A stretch of DNA of 32,000 bases from Candidatus Brocadia sp. Lineage in GTDB: Bacteria; Planctomycetota; Brocadiia; Brocadiales; Brocadiaceae. Shown here piece by piece: positions 7,623 to 16,459 of this stretch. The stretch covers positions 270,001 to 302,000 of the forward strand of contig CP091279.1 in NCBI GenBank assembly GCA_021650915.1. Direction: 5' to 3'. A program made the position numbers and the translations under genes. How positions within the stretch are numbered: the first letter of the stretch is position 1; the number at the start of each line of letters is the position of its first letter. Below the pieces are notes generated by a model. It did no database searches and was not told the DNA's origin. It was given only the letters and a program-made list of their open reading frames with translations.

Positions 7623-7764
7623 TATATAATGTTTTCCTGTTATCAGCGCCGATGGTCCATCCTGATTCCTTCTGGTCCTCTTTGGCATATATGTTAGAAC
7701 TAGAAAATGTAGTGACTACAAACAAGACAAAAGTACCGAATATGCCAGCTCTTCTATACTTCAT
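7623..7764 (-). pseudogene. 5' fragment (signal peptide region) of the IS-split DUF3303/GYD-like gene
   Basis: On the minus strand, GGAG plus a 9-nt spacer precede the ATG at 7764-7762. It encodes MKYRRAGIFGTFVLFVVTTFSSSNIYAKEDQKESGWTIGADNRKTLY, which is colinear with MNQKRTMLLGACILFATTMFMSSDICASENEKEPGWNIGVTGKKTVY of the intact paralogue. Confidence 0.85.
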
Positions 7765-7899
7765 ATAATTTTTCTCCGTTTTTAAAAAATTTTAGTTTGT
7801 ACTCTTCTGTGTGAGTTTTGCTTTCCCCGAGGATCTTGAAAATGGCTATGTGCTGGATTTCTGTTTGCTTTGTAAATATCCTCAACATACTGAACGAAT

Positions 7900-8091
7900 T
7901 CAACATATGCCGTCGTACACTTTTTCGATGATTTTAAATTTTTTCAAATTGTTCCTTTGGTGCCCACATTCCGGGCAAACCCAATCATCTGGCAAATTCT
8001 CAAAACGGGTGCCTGGGCTCACCCCATGATCAGTATCCCCGATCTTTGGGTCATAGATATATCCACAAACAATGCATCTGTACTTTTCCAT
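7900..8091 (-). CDS. Rubredoxin (with a C-terminal extension of about 10 aa)
   Basis: It encodes [49 protein letters not shown]..., with two CxxCG knuckles. GGAGG lies 6 nt upstream of the ATG at 8091. The track ORF extends to a GTG at 8217, which I consider an over-extension. Confidence 0.9.
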   Translation of the reverse strand: MEKYRCIVCGYIYDPKIGDTDHGVSPGTRFENLPDDWVCPECGHQRNNLKKFKIIEKVYDGIC

Positions 8092-8315
8092 AGTTATTCC
8101 TCCAGTCCAGGCGGCCATGCCTCCCATAATTGGCCTATTTTCAGGTAAGTCGTCATCAAGAGACACAGGTACGCCGAATGAAATTTCACGGTAATTTGTT
8201 CGTTTAATATCGACCACATTTTATTGCTGCGCATTTGGCATGACTCGCGAAGAATCTTTCGCATCATTTGCAATAAAGATAGCGCCTTTTTAATCTCATA
8301 CGCCTAAATCTGTTT

Positions 8316-8723
8316 TTACAATGTCTGTGTGGCAGAGAGGATTGTTATCTCCATAGCCGCTCTCACCCAGGAAAATCGTTTTTTTATGATGTCAAATTGT
8401 CCGCCAGATTTTATGAAGGCCGCTGTGCCTTTGATCAGGAACCCTGCACCCGGGCCGCGGAGTTCCTGTACCTCACGGCTTCCAAGGGTTAAAAGAATGT
8501 TGTTATTTTTCTCCACATTGGCCTCAGTCTGTATCATGCCGCCAACAGGGAGCAAAAGATGCCCATCCCGGGTGACGACTATGTAGCTATTCCAGGTATT
8601 TACCATATGCGGACCGTCCCCGCCCATGGTCACTATTGCGACTACACCCTCGTATTTAAGAATCAGCATCATCTTATCCGGGAGCATCTGTAAAACCTCC
8701 TCATGTTTATAGTAGCTTATCAT
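8316..8723 (-). CDS. Pyridoxamine 5'-phosphate oxidase-like FMN-binding split-barrel family protein
   Basis: This is a 135-aa protein. The pattern VVAIVTMGGDGPHMVNTW...LLLPVGGM..TEANVEKNNNILLTLGSREV...GFLIKGTAAF is typical of small PNPOx-family proteins. AGGAG lies 8 nt upstream of the ATG. Confidence 0.7.
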   Translation of the reverse strand: MISYYKHEEVLQMLPDKMMLILKYEGVVAIVTMGGDGPHMVNTWNSYIVVTRDGHLLLPVGGMIQTEANVEKNNNILLTLGSREVQELRGPGAGFLIKGTAAFIKSGGQFDIIKKRFSWVRAAMEITILSATQTL

Positions 8724-8809
8724 AATCGCATCTCCTTGTGCCTAATGCTCCGGCTTGTCAACGGTATTCTGTCCCCTTGAGCCGGTCGTTCCGAACAGGC
8801 ATCGTTCCG

Positions 8810-9196
8810 TTATTTCCACTGCCGGAGTTCAATAAGAAGCCCATCCGGGTCTCTTATCTCTCCACGGAATGAATTGCCCAGGTCTATTGGCTCCTTGGCT
8901 ATGGCGATTCCTTTGCCCTTCAGGTAATCCACCGCCACTGTCATATCATCCACTTCAAGAGCGATGCCTCTATATCCTACCTCCCAGAGATTTTCAGGTT
9001 TTGGCTTAGGCTCATCTACGGAGATAATCTCAACAACCGTATCGCCAAGTTCAATATAAATAATCTCTCTCATGGGCGGTATCTTCATTTCCTTGCGATT
9101 CTTCATTTTAAAGCCAAGAACGTTTACATAGAAGTCAATGGTCTTTTCTGCATTCCCTGGCACGATTTCCACATGGTCGACTCTCTTGAACATCAT
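8810..9196 (-). CDS. VOC family protein (glyoxalase I / bleomycin-resistance fold)
   Basis: This is a 128-aa protein. It contains VDHVEIVPGNAEKTIDFYVNVLGFK...GIALEVDDMTVAVDYLKGKGIAI...RDPDGLLIEL, the paired beta-alpha-beta-beta-beta signature. Confidence 0.85.
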   Translation of the reverse strand: MMFKRVDHVEIVPGNAEKTIDFYVNVLGFKMKNRKEMKIPPMREIIYIELGDTVVEIISVDEPKPKPENLWEVGYRGIALEVDDMTVAVDYLKGKGIAIAKEPIDLGNSFRGEIRDPDGLLIELRQWK

Positions 9197-9318
9197 TCTA
9201 GCTCGCTTTCTGCGACGGGATTCCCCGTCATATACATTTGTGTCCGGATCTTGCTTGTTTTGCGACTATCGCCGGACTTTCGATGGCCTTTCGTTTAATT
9301 CTGCATCGTAGAAAATTA

Positions 9319-10527
9319 TTATGATGCTATCCACTTTCCACTCTCTTTTCTTAGGAGGAACAGGTGTTTCTCCTGAACGGCCGTTTTCAGAAGACTCCCC
9401 AAAAAACCAACAAAGGTAATTTTCTTCAAGAAGGGAAGAGCCAACCATCCCACGGCAAGATGTCTTCCCAGGCTAACGACCTCGCCCAATACCTTTGGAT
9501 GGTACGGTATCCTCATGCCCCCAAAAATGTCTGCATAAATGTTGTGCGCTACTAATCGTCCTTGCTGCAATGCAAACTGGGCAGCAGTAGGAACAGGTTG
9601 TCCTGTTATGGGATTTATCGCAAGGGCATTATCGCCAATGGCATAAATAAAAGGCAAGCCATCTGCACGGAGAAACTCATCAACAACAATGCGCCCGGAT
9701 TGCCCGATTTTCAACCCGCTCTCTCTCGCAAGTTCACTGATGCGAATGCCTCCCGTCCAGATTAATGTTTGCGTTTTCAATACTTCACCCGATGAAAGGG
9801 TTGCAGTGTCCGGTGTCCGGCCAATAATTTTTGCTTTTGGTATGATTTTAATGCCTTTTTCAAGGAGTTTTTTATGAATACGCGTCGCAAACGATTCATC
9901 CATTCTCGGGACTATGTGACTACCCGATTCGACAATGATGATTTCAACATCCTGTGGATTCACATGAGTGTTACGGACACACTGCGTTGCATGGTCAGCA
10001 AGCTCGGCTGCGAATTCTACTCCTGACAAACCACCGCCACCGATGACAAACCGAAGCATATCTCTTCGCCGACCTTCAACCGGTTCTGATGCCGCATGCT
10101 TACAGAGTTGACTTATATAGTCAAAGATCAGATGGGCGTCTCTCAAAGTCTGGAGCGGGAAGGAGTTTTCCTGCAACCCAGGAATATTGTAAAAATTTAC
10201 CTGACTCCCAAGCGCTATTATCAGGTAGTTAAATGGCAATGATTTGCTTTCCATATGAACGATATGCTCAAGGGAATCTATCCTGGTTACTTCTCCAAGA
10301 TGAAAAATGATTTTTTGTCTTTGTATAATGCGGTCAATAGGAATGGATATCGCTGTTTTCCGAACAGCAGCCTCATGCAATTGTGTCTTGAGCGTGTGAT
10401 AAGGGTTTCTATCAACGAGATGAATCTGATATTCAGGATGCTGCCGGAACAACCTTGCTAACCTCAATGCTGCGGTAATTCCTCCATAGCCTGCTCCCAT
10501 GACAACAATGTTCTTTTTGATTTCCAT
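9319..10527 (-). CDS. ndh: NAD(P)/FAD-dependent oxidoreductase, type II NADH dehydrogenase (NDH-2)-like
   Basis: This is a 402-aa protein. Its signatures are an N-terminal VVMGAGYGG Rossmann motif, a second VIGGGGLSGVEFAAEL motif and a C-terminal IYAIGDNA motif. Confidence 0.85.
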   Translation of the reverse strand: MEIKKNIVVMGAGYGGITAALRLARLFRQHPEYQIHLVDRNPYHTLKTQLHEAAVRKTAISIPIDRIIQRQKIIFHLGEVTRIDSLEHIVHMESKSLPFNYLIIALGSQVNFYNIPGLQENSFPLQTLRDAHLIFDYISQLCKHAASEPVEGRRRDMLRFVIGGGGLSGVEFAAELADHATQCVRNTHVNPQDVEIIIVESGSHIVPRMDESFATRIHKKLLEKGIKIIPKAKIIGRTPDTATLSSGEVLKTQTLIWTGGIRISELARESGLKIGQSGRIVVDEFLRADGLPFIYAIGDNALAINPITGQPVPTAAQFALQQGRLVAHNIYADIFGGMRIPYHPKVLGEVVSLGRHLAVGWLALPFLKKITFVGFLGSLLKTAVQEKHLFLLRKESGKWIAS

Positions 10528-10787
10528 GATTGATATTTTCGTATAAATCTAAAACGATTTTGGTTGATTCGGTCTGTTGACCTTAGTCTGCCCGTATATT
10601 ATTTGTGTAAAACGAACAAGATATTCTATTGGAATCAGCGGTTTGAACTAAGGTGTTTTTGCAACGAAAGACCCGCCGTGATACGCTTATTAAGGGTCTC
10701 ATAATTGTATTGATTCGTCGTATGCTTTCCTTCTCCAATATTGAAGCGCTAAACGGACAGCTTAATGTGTGTTCTATTATGAGACGA

Positions 10788-12662
10788 TTAATAATACATG
10801 CGTTGCCGTGTTGCCGCTCGACGGGTTACCGCCAGATCGTAGGCGCGTGCGATATCAGCATTACGCAGCAAGCCTACTAAACGACGTTGATTTTCACGTG
10901 CCACGACAGGCAATTGGCCAACGTTGCGCACTCCGATACGCCGCAACGCGACGCCAATTGTCTCGTCGGGATATGCAAAAAGTAATTCTCGCGTGCAGAC
11001 TTCACCAACGATACGTACTATATCGCTATCGTTCTCCTGAGCGCGATCAATGTCTTGCACCGTGATGATACCGGACAATTCGCCGTCATCATTAAGCACT
11101 GGTAAACCGTGCTGTCGTTTTCGGTTAAGCAAGTCGGTTGCTACTGCCAACGTATCGGATTCCCGTAAAGTAACAAATTCCGTCTCCATGACTTCTTTTA
11201 CCGTAATTGTTTCCAACACGTCAACGTCACGTCCTCTGTGCAGGCGTATACCCTTGCGCGTCAGCCCCAAGGTATATACTGAATCGTGTTGTAAATGCCA
11301 GGAGAGAAACAGACTAACGTTTACTGCCGCTATCAGTGGCAAAATAATCCGATAGTCATGGGTCATTTCAAAGAGCAGGATAAACGAGGTAATTGGTGCA
11401 TGTATTGTGCCTGCGAGAACGGCTGCCATCCCGACCATTGCAAAAGCAGGTGGCGAAATGTTGAGAGAAGGAAAGACCTGATTGGCCACGAGTCCGTAAG
11501 CACCGCCAAGCGAAGCGCCGGAAAAAAGAGCTGGTGCAAACACACCACCGTGAAAACCGCTGCTGATGCAAATTGGCGTTAGCACCAGCCTGGATAATGC
11601 CAGTGAAAGCAGGAGAGTAACCGTCAGTGGTTTGCCTGCTAAAATATTTTCAATGGTGACATAACCTATGCCAAACACCTGAGGCAGATGCATTCCAACG
11701 AAGCCGACGGCGATGCCAGCAACTACGGGTTTGAGCCAGCGCGCGGCATTCCATTTATCAAAAATACCCCGTGTGAAATGATGTAAACGAATATAGAATG
11801 CTGCACTGAGTCCCGATAGCACACCTAATCCAAAATAGAGCGGCAATTCCCATACTGAGTTAAAAGCATATGCAGGGATACGAAACGCAGGTTGATGCCC
11901 TGATATGGCCTGAGTAAACACAGATGAGATCACAGACGCTAGCGTGACGATACCGAAGGCATTTACGCTCAGTTCGCCTATAATAATTTCCAATGCGAAA
12001 AATATGCCAGCAATAGGAGCGTTGAAGGCTGCGGCAATCCCCCCGGCAGCGCCTGATGCAACGAGGGCGCGAATTCGTTCATCAGAAAGGCGCAAGAGTT
12101 GGCCAAACATGGACCCTAAGTAGGCACCAATCTGCACTGAAGGGTCTGCTGGCCCCACGGAAGCGCCGGAACCGATAGATAATGCAGCAGCAACAGTTTT
12201 GGTTGGTATTTTTCGGTAGGGCAGCCGTCCCCCTCCTAATGCCACAGATTCCATAATGCCAGCGATGCCTACATACCGTTCCTTGCCGATTAAAAAATGG
12301 GAGATCAGTCCAATGATGAGGCCGCCAATGGCAGGTATAAGGAAGATCATCCAATTGCCCATGGAACCTAGTGCTGTCCCTATTCTGTCAAATCCGGCCC
12401 AATTTGCCAAATCCTGAAAAAATCGAAGGGCGTTTTCTTTTCGGTGCAAAAGGCCCAGAGGTGTGTCTATCCCTTCGAATGCATACCGATATATTACGTT
12501 AAACAGTTGTTTGAAGAGCCATACGCCTATACCACTGGTAATGCCAACAAGTATCGCTATTACAGCAAGGGCGGCTGATTCAGAAAATTCCTGACGATTG
12601 AGCCAGGGTATGATCTTCCCGAAAGAAAATAATCTTATTTTTGTCCGGATATGTGGTAGCAT
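10788..12662 (-). CDS. ClC-family anion channel/transporter with C-terminal tandem CBS domains
   Basis: This is a 624-aa protein. ClC signatures are FNAPIAGIFFALE, GGVFAP and HAPITSFILLFEMTHDY. The C-terminal part (VKEVMETEFVTL...ITVQDI...) looks like a CBS pair. The selectivity-filter residues are non-canonical (see findings). Confidence 0.9.
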   Translation of the reverse strand: MLPHIRTKIRLFSFGKIIPWLNRQEFSESAALAVIAILVGITSGIGVWLFKQLFNVIYRYAFEGIDTPLGLLHRKENALRFFQDLANWAGFDRIGTALGSMGNWMIFLIPAIGGLIIGLISHFLIGKERYVGIAGIMESVALGGGRLPYRKIPTKTVAAALSIGSGASVGPADPSVQIGAYLGSMFGQLLRLSDERIRALVASGAAGGIAAAFNAPIAGIFFALEIIIGELSVNAFGIVTLASVISSVFTQAISGHQPAFRIPAYAFNSVWELPLYFGLGVLSGLSAAFYIRLHHFTRGIFDKWNAARWLKPVVAGIAVGFVGMHLPQVFGIGYVTIENILAGKPLTVTLLLSLALSRLVLTPICISSGFHGGVFAPALFSGASLGGAYGLVANQVFPSLNISPPAFAMVGMAAVLAGTIHAPITSFILLFEMTHDYRIILPLIAAVNVSLFLSWHLQHDSVYTLGLTRKGIRLHRGRDVDVLETITVKEVMETEFVTLRESDTLAVATDLLNRKRQHGLPVLNDDGELSGIITVQDIDRAQENDSDIVRIVGEVCTRELLFAYPDETIGVALRRIGVRNVGQLPVVARENQRRLVGLLRNADIARAYDLAVTRRAATRQRMYY

Positions 12663-12893
12663 AACACTGCTTTGTTAAAAAACGTATGTTAAAAAAGTTT
12701 TGAACCATAAGGGGAGTTAAACACGGCATGTGGCTATTCAACGTCTATCGACCAATGTTTACTCTTGCTTTGTCGATGTATTCCTGGTTGAGTTCTTTTC
12801 GGCAGGCGTATTACCAAAGCACAAAGAAACTTGTTGATGGCTATTTCCAAAGAAGGTAAAAACGTCTTAAGAAAAAATTCGTTAGTAAATAGA

Positions 12894-13460
12894 CTAACAG
12901 GTATGAGCGCTTTTGGAAAGCTCCTCAGCGAACTGTTCCAGACGGTGATGCACGTCCCTGCCCACCCGTTCCCACACCTGTTCAAATTGCCGATATAAGG
13001 CTTGCTGTTCCTCCAAACTTAGCACCTTGTTCGTCAACGGGAACAGCAGGTAGTCTTCTTTCCAAATGTGGTTGGGATACAACGTGATAATCTCTCTCAG
13101 GCTTTTCACCAGCATATTTTCGGCATTGCGATCGCCGCTTTGGTAAGCATCTGCTGCATTGGACAACTCTTGGACGAGCGTCCGGCCGCGCGCGTGCTCG
13201 GCCGTTAGTGCTCCTATAGGGCAGCCTTGTTTCGAGATGCCCTTATTAACCAAAGTCGGGAATAGCAAATCGTCTTCTTTGCCGTGATGACATTTATCAG
13301 CGAAGGTGTGCATGAATTCAATCAATCCATGAAGCGTTTTTTCATCGACTGCCTGGCCTGCTTCTAACTGGTCGGCCAGCACTGGAGCCGCGCTGATCAC
13401 TTTGGCAATAACAAGGTGTTCATCCTCAAGCATTTTGGTTGGGCTATTGTTCATCATCAT
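12894..13460 (-). CDS. Hemerythrin-like (HHE cation-binding) domain protein
   Basis: The track ORF is 12894-13541. I prefer the ATG at 13460 (MMMNNSPTKMLEDEHL...) because AGGAG lies 5 nt upstream. H/E-rich helices are present: EDEHLVI, FADKCHHGKEDDLLFP, LTAEHARG and PNHIWKEDYLLFP. Confidence 0.8.
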   Translation of the reverse strand: MMMNNSPTKMLEDEHLVIAKVISAAPVLADQLEAGQAVDEKTLHGLIEFMHTFADKCHHGKEDDLLFPTLVNKGISKQGCPIGALTAEHARGRTLVQELSNAADAYQSGDRNAENMLVKSLREIITLYPNHIWKEDYLLFPLTNKVLSLEEQQALYRQFEQVWERVGRDVHHRLEQFAEELSKSAHTC

Positions 13461-13568
13461 AACTCTCCTTTCAGCTTCCTGCCAGGACAAGAAGCGGCTA
13501 TCAAGGTGTCGAATGGTATCGTGAAAATCGCGCTCTACCATTGATTTTTGTCACTTTCACAAGCCAAA

Positions 13569-13982
13569 TCAGATAAACAGGATTTGATCCTGGCCAGTCT
13601 CTGTCAGAAATGTGGTGAGTCCCATACTCTTATCAACCTCATTTACCAGTTCGTCCCGGGATATGTTTAACAAACCCATAGAGTTGGTGCAGGCATAAAA
13701 CTTTGCGCCCATAGCCTTAGCCTGGGTTAAAAGTTCAGATATTTCCTGAAAATGGCCTTTTCTCATATGCTCTTCCAGCAGTTTCCTGTGAGCCTGTCCT
13801 TCTTCATTAAGCTGGAACACGGATTTCCCTTTTATCAGATATTGTAGCGCCCAATAGGTAAAAAAACATCTTACCTCCCTGCCTAAGGCCAGAGCTACAA
13901 GGACAAGAGAAAAACCGTGATACATACGGTCGTAGGAACCGCTATGAAATATGATTGACAAACCTTTCTTCTCTGTTTCCAT
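13569..13982 (-). CDS. DsrE/DsrF-like family protein
   Basis: This is a 137-aa protein. It shows LSIIFHSGSYDRMYHGFSLVLVALALGREV...FYACTNSMGLLNISRDELV...GLTTFL, the DsrE-like fold pattern. It starts 5 nt after the upstream gene's stop. Confidence 0.7.
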   Translation of the reverse strand: METEKKGLSIIFHSGSYDRMYHGFSLVLVALALGREVRCFFTYWALQYLIKGKSVFQLNEEGQAHRKLLEEHMRKGHFQEISELLTQAKAMGAKFYACTNSMGLLNISRDELVNEVDKSMGLTTFLTETGQDQILFI

Positions 13983-13987
13983 GTATT

Positions 13988-14479
13988 TTACTTGTTTCTT
14001 ATAGTATCAGCCCAATCTAACAAAGGTACGCCCGCCTTTCTTGCGGTAGCGAGTTTCTCACTTAACGCATCTATCTCGTTTTTGTTTAATCTTTCGGAAA
14101 GTATCGATAAACCGTCACAGTTTGAGACATGAACAAGGAGCGCTCTTGCCGCTGAAACAGCCAGCTTTGCCTCTTCATCTGTTAGGCTATCCTTCTTTAG
14201 CAACCCGGCACAAGAGCGGGCAGTAGCTATTACACCATCATGTTCCGTGAGTAATTGATCGACGTACTCACCCAAAAATACGCGTAACGTTGGATAAAGT
14301 ACTTCTTCTTCGTATCTGAAATGTGGACCAACAAGCACGTTTATCTCATCAAGTATTTTTCTTGCCTTCGCAACATTCTTTGATTGCAAGGCTTCCATTA
14401 ATTCAAGTAATCCGTCCCTTACTTTTCTGTGGTCTTCTCTGAATTCTGCAATGGGGTCTAATTTTACCATCCTGTTCAT
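13988..14479 (-). CDS. Hemerythrin-like (HHE cation-binding) domain protein
   Basis: This is a 163-aa protein. It contains FREDHRKVRDGL, GPHFRYEEEVLYP, LLTEHDG and LLVHVSNCDG. The start could be the ATG at 14479 or the one at 14470. Confidence 0.75.
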   Translation of the reverse strand: MNRMVKLDPIAEFREDHRKVRDGLLELMEALQSKNVAKARKILDEINVLVGPHFRYEEEVLYPTLRVFLGEYVDQLLTEHDGVIATARSCAGLLKKDSLTDEEAKLAVSAARALLVHVSNCDGLSILSERLNKNEIDALSEKLATARKAGVPLLDWADTIRNK

Positions 14480-14633
14480 TCTCCTCTCTTAAATCCTTTT
14501 TATCTTCAGTATTCAATTGATTATCAATAAAGGCAACTTTCCCTTCCATCACACACCCTTTTTGCAAAGGCTGACATAATTTTCTTAACCGAACACATTC
14601 ATTATTTACCTGATACGGGCACGTCCAGCTCAT
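14403..14633 (-). CDS. Small Cys-rich hypothetical protein
   Basis: The N-terminus MSWTCPYQVNNECVRLRKLCQPLQKGCVMEGKVAFID has four Cys at 7/6/6 spacing. Its ATG overlaps the stop of the DUF488 relic (ATGA). The last 25 or so codons overlap the next gene, so the true end and whether it is expressed are uncertain. Confidence 0.35.
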   Translation of the reverse strand: MSWTCPYQVNNECVRLRKLCQPLQKGCVMEGKVAFIDNQLNTEDKKDLREENEQDGKIRPHCRIQRRPQKSKGRIT

Positions 14634-14694
14634 CTGTTTTTCAATACCTCCAAAAGCGCTTGCGCATTATTTCTTTCTTCATATTTGGCAGTAT
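14630..14694 (-). repeat. Relic copy of the DUF488 gene 3' end (direct repeat of 16460-16524)
   Basis: It aligns without gaps at an offset of 1830 bp, and I count 54 of 65 identical positions. It still translates as ...TAKYEERNNAQALLEVLKNR*, compared with ...AAKDEARNNAEVLLEVLKKK* in the intact gene. Confidence 0.8.
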
Positions 14695-14698
14695 CTGA

Positions 14699-16363
14699 TT
14701 ATTCGTTATAACGATCTTTATAAGCGGATTTTAAAGCTTCTGTTTCTTCTTCAGAAAGCCCCTTCATCCACAAGTGTTCTTCCTGTTTCAACAAGTCCTC
14801 AATTTTTTGTTCGTATTTTATCTTCATCGCATCGCTCTTTTGGGCGGCAGCCTTAATTACTGCAGGTAAAAACTTCAAATAATAGTGCTTTGCCACCTCA
14901 TACATGCCATGCCAGTGAGTATAATCAGGACCCATCATACTTGCTCCGTGCCGTGCCCTTCTGCCTTCGTGGTGCCACAATTCCCAGAAAACCCATTGTA
15001 CCTCATGTCCAAATGGGGCATTTGGATTTAAGACTCCATCCTCAGTCAGCGCCGTCATCATAGCCTGTGCAGGTTTCGCGAATTTTTCATCGTAGAGATT
15101 CACAAGATTGTCAAACTGCTTATAAAAATTATTGACATGGGTTTGATTATGGCAATTTTTACATACGCCCTTCATTTTTTCGCGTCGTTCTTGCCATGTC
15201 ACAATGTTAACAACATGTTTTGAAACGATTTTCTTAACCAACTTTTCCTCTTGCACGATTTTTTCAGTTACCTGAACTTCCTCGCCAATCTCAGGCAATT
15301 TCCGGGTATCAGGATAATCTTCCTTAAAGCCGTCATCATAGATTACCAAATTTATCTTCGAGCTGACGACTGGCCGAAGTGTCCAGCTAATTCGTTCACC
15401 AACATCATGGTTATTAGCAGTATGCTGTCCTTCCGATGTCATATAGCTGCTGATATGGCAGGTAGTGCACGTTGGAGCTGCAGTGTAATCCCTTCCCAGC
15501 ACCCAATCACCTTCCTTATCCAGCGCCATGCGGCCAATATTGGCAGTATATGCAATCCCATGCTTTGATTCACGATAAATTTCCATTTGAGGATGGTCAG
15601 GCCCCATGTGGCATTTACCACAATTTTCTGGCGCTCTGGACAATTTTGCCTCAAAGGAATGTCTCGAATGGCACGCGTGGCATGAACCTTTTGAACCATC
15701 GGGATTTAACCGGCCTATTCCACTGTTTGGCCATGTGTTAGGGTCGATTACCGGCTTTCCTCCTTCCCGCAATATTTCGCCACTCTCGTTACGCATAAAT
15801 TTTATTATGCTTCCGTGACATTGCAAACAACCGATAACGTTATCTGCATTATTGTCTGGAAGGCCGATAACATTCTCAGCAAGCACATTATCAAGGCTAT
15901 CAAGGATTTCGCCGGCTTTTGCATGATGGCTTCTTGAAAACTCTTCATACTCATTTGCATGACAATTTGAGCAATCTTTGGGGGTAACTAATGCAGAAAC
16001 CAAAACCCCCATATGTTGCCAGGCGTCTATTTCTCCGGCGTTAGCTTTGTGGCAATCGACGCACCCTACCCCTTTTTGAGCATGAAGCGATCGCTTCCAC
16101 TCCAGTACCAACGCAGGCGCCATGGTTTCATGGCATTCGACGCACATTTTATTCGCAGCAGTTATTATCGGACTTAGCCTTATATCGAGCGGGTATTGTT
16201 TTTCAGCTTCAACAGTTTTTTCCTTTGAATGTGAAAATTTATCAGTCAATGCCTGCTTTTCTCTGTACAGCTCAACAGCCTCAGCGCGTGCGGCACTAAA
16301 AATTAACAGTCCCAGAAATAAAAACAGATTAAAAATCTTTAGCAGGTTTGTTTTGCTGTACAT
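14699..16363 (-). CDS. hao: Hydroxylamine oxidoreductase-like octaheme cytochrome c
   Basis: This is a 554-aa protein with a signal peptide (LFLFLGLLIFSAARAEA). It has eight CxxCH motifs: CVECH, CVDCH, CSNCH, CLQCH, CHACH, CGKCH, CTTCH and CKNCH. The C-terminal WELWHHEGRRARHGASMMGPDYTHWHG block is typical of the HAO family. Confidence 0.9.
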   Translation of the reverse strand: MYSKTNLLKIFNLFLFLGLLIFSAARAEAVELYREKQALTDKFSHSKEKTVEAEKQYPLDIRLSPIITAANKMCVECHETMAPALVLEWKRSLHAQKGVGCVDCHKANAGEIDAWQHMGVLVSALVTPKDCSNCHANEYEEFSRSHHAKAGEILDSLDNVLAENVIGLPDNNADNVIGCLQCHGSIIKFMRNESGEILREGGKPVIDPNTWPNSGIGRLNPDGSKGSCHACHSRHSFEAKLSRAPENCGKCHMGPDHPQMEIYRESKHGIAYTANIGRMALDKEGDWVLGRDYTAAPTCTTCHISSYMTSEGQHTANNHDVGERISWTLRPVVSSKINLVIYDDGFKEDYPDTRKLPEIGEEVQVTEKIVQEEKLVKKIVSKHVVNIVTWQERREKMKGVCKNCHNQTHVNNFYKQFDNLVNLYDEKFAKPAQAMMTALTEDGVLNPNAPFGHEVQWVFWELWHHEGRRARHGASMMGPDYTHWHGMYEVAKHYYLKFLPAVIKAAAQKSDAMKIKYEQKIEDLLKQEEHLWMKGLSEEETEALKSAYKDRYNE

Positions 16364-16459
16364 ATGTTTAACTCTCTCTGAGGAAATTGCTTTTTAAAAG
16401 ATTCGATAAATACAATAAAACCGTTAAAAAAATCTTCTTTTGCCGTGGACAATCTCAAA

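Noticed and set aside
8092-8217. N-terminal 42-codon extension of the rubredoxin (track ORF 7900-8217)
   Set aside because: It starts at a GTG with no Shine-Dalgarno sequence. A strong GGAGG precedes the internal ATG that yields a standard rubredoxin.
9266-9877. Small ORFs overlapping the NDH-2-like gene on either strand
   Set aside because: They are nested within or antisense to a confidently identified 402-aa flavoprotein gene.
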